DNA of 64,000 nucleotides from a virus (Duplodnaviria; Heunggongvirae; Uroviricota; Caudoviricetes): IMG/VR virus record IMGVR_UViG_2758568661_000004; one strand, 5' to 3'. Shown piece by piece: positions 63,752 to 64,000 of this stretch (position 1 is its first letter; each line of letters starts with the position of its first letter). The notes under the pieces were generated by a model. It saw only the letters and a program-made list of their open reading frames with translations, ran no database searches and was not told where the DNA came from. The position numbers and the translations under genes were made by a program.

Positions 63752-64000
63752 GTGTCCGCCAACCCGTCCCAGCCGTCAACGCTTACGGTCGAAGCTGTGC
63801 CACCCCGTCTCTGGTTTTACACCGTCACGTTCGTCGCCCTGGTGGGCGCATCGATCATCGCCATGTTCGCGAAGTTCGTCGGCGACACCAGCCCTGCCTA
63901 CCTCGCGGTGGTGCTGATCATCGGTGTCCTGATGCTCGCCGGCCGGGTCGGTGATGTGCTGCTGCGGCGCCGGTCGTCTGACACGTCGGCGGACGCCTGA
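63752..64000 (+). CDS. membrane protein (partial, continues beyond window)
   Basis: ORF track; two predicted TM helices; GTG start. Confidence 0.45.
   Translation: MSANPSQPSTLTVEAVPPRLWFYTVTFVALVGASIIAMFAKFVGDTSPAYLAVVLIIGVLMLAGRVGDVLLRRRSSDTSADA

Noticed and set aside
78-64000. Dozens of plus-strand ORFs in the six-frame track (e.g. 4601..6340, 2322..3443, 20692..21894, 25836..26900, 55346..56191) and several minus-strand ones (e.g. 2653..2946, 57949..58539, 20229..20813)
   Set aside because: Extremely Arg/Gly/Pro/Ser/Thr-rich low-complexity translations lying antisense to, or out of frame with, well-supported minus-strand genes. This is the typical artefact of high-GC DNA, and they have no SD, coupling or motif context.
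1-64000. tRNA, rRNA or tmRNA genes
   Set aside because: No region with cloverleaf-compatible structure or conserved T-loop (GTTCRANYC) context was seen on either strand. Candidate GTTACA repeats at 58640-58730 lack acceptor or anticodon arms.

Overview
This 64-kb window is high-GC, apparently Actinobacteria-type DNA with an extremely monotonous layout. Essentially every credible gene from position 1 to ~62,490 lies on the minus strand (over 100 genes, mostly small hypothetical proteins), with a switch to plus-strand genes only at 62,718. Most plus-strand ORFs in the six-frame track are R/G/P/S-rich antisense artefacts.

Recognisable products include:
- two paralogous secreted coiled-coil M23 peptidases (1319-3833);
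- three paralogous giant secreted metzincin-type zinc proteases (HExxHxxSxxH) followed by 8-13 tandem ~85-aa Ig-like repeats (4712-8158, 12011-16825, 16912-21312);
- an ATP-dependent DNA ligase, a Dam-type N6-adenine methyltransferase, an HD-domain (YfbR-like) phosphohydrolase, a SprT-like metalloprotease, an HTH-XRE regulator and a Panacea/DUF4065-domain protein in a five-gene coupled operon;
- a DUF4192 protein, a class-E-like sortase beside a membrane-anchored CBM-like adhesin, a flotillin/SPFH protein, an AI-2E family transporter, a DUF2510-like protein, lipoproteins and many Cys-rich zinc-ribbon mini-proteins.

No tRNA, rRNA, CRISPR array, integrase, transposase or phage structural gene was seen. 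The region reads like cargo of a large plasmid, ICE or unusual phage rather than core chromosome.

The most striking signal is a ~13-bp junction element, over 50 copies, always in the gene orientation, sitting in almost every intergenic junction.
- Class I on the coding strand is YTCCTGCGCATGR; its plus-strand footprint is CATGCGCAGGA.
- Class II is CGCCGCATG(T/A/C)C(T/C).
- In at least 10 junctions the motif ATG lies exactly 11 nt upstream of the gene's start codon (TCCTGCGC-ATG-N8-ATG/GTG).
- In that register a 4-codon minicistron ends in a TGA overlapping the real start (ATGA or GTGA).
- In several other junctions a longer (5-18 codon) motif-initiated uORF ends the same way.

Other regulatory landmarks are:
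- a regulatory hub at 58,600-59,130 with a 25%-GC AT-rich stretch, four evenly spaced GTCAAC-N4-GTTGAC palindromes, a mini-ORF/terminator cassette and flanking terminators;
- a head-to-head motif palindrome at the strand-switch point (62,608-62,628);
- several strong hairpin terminators that delimit transcription units.
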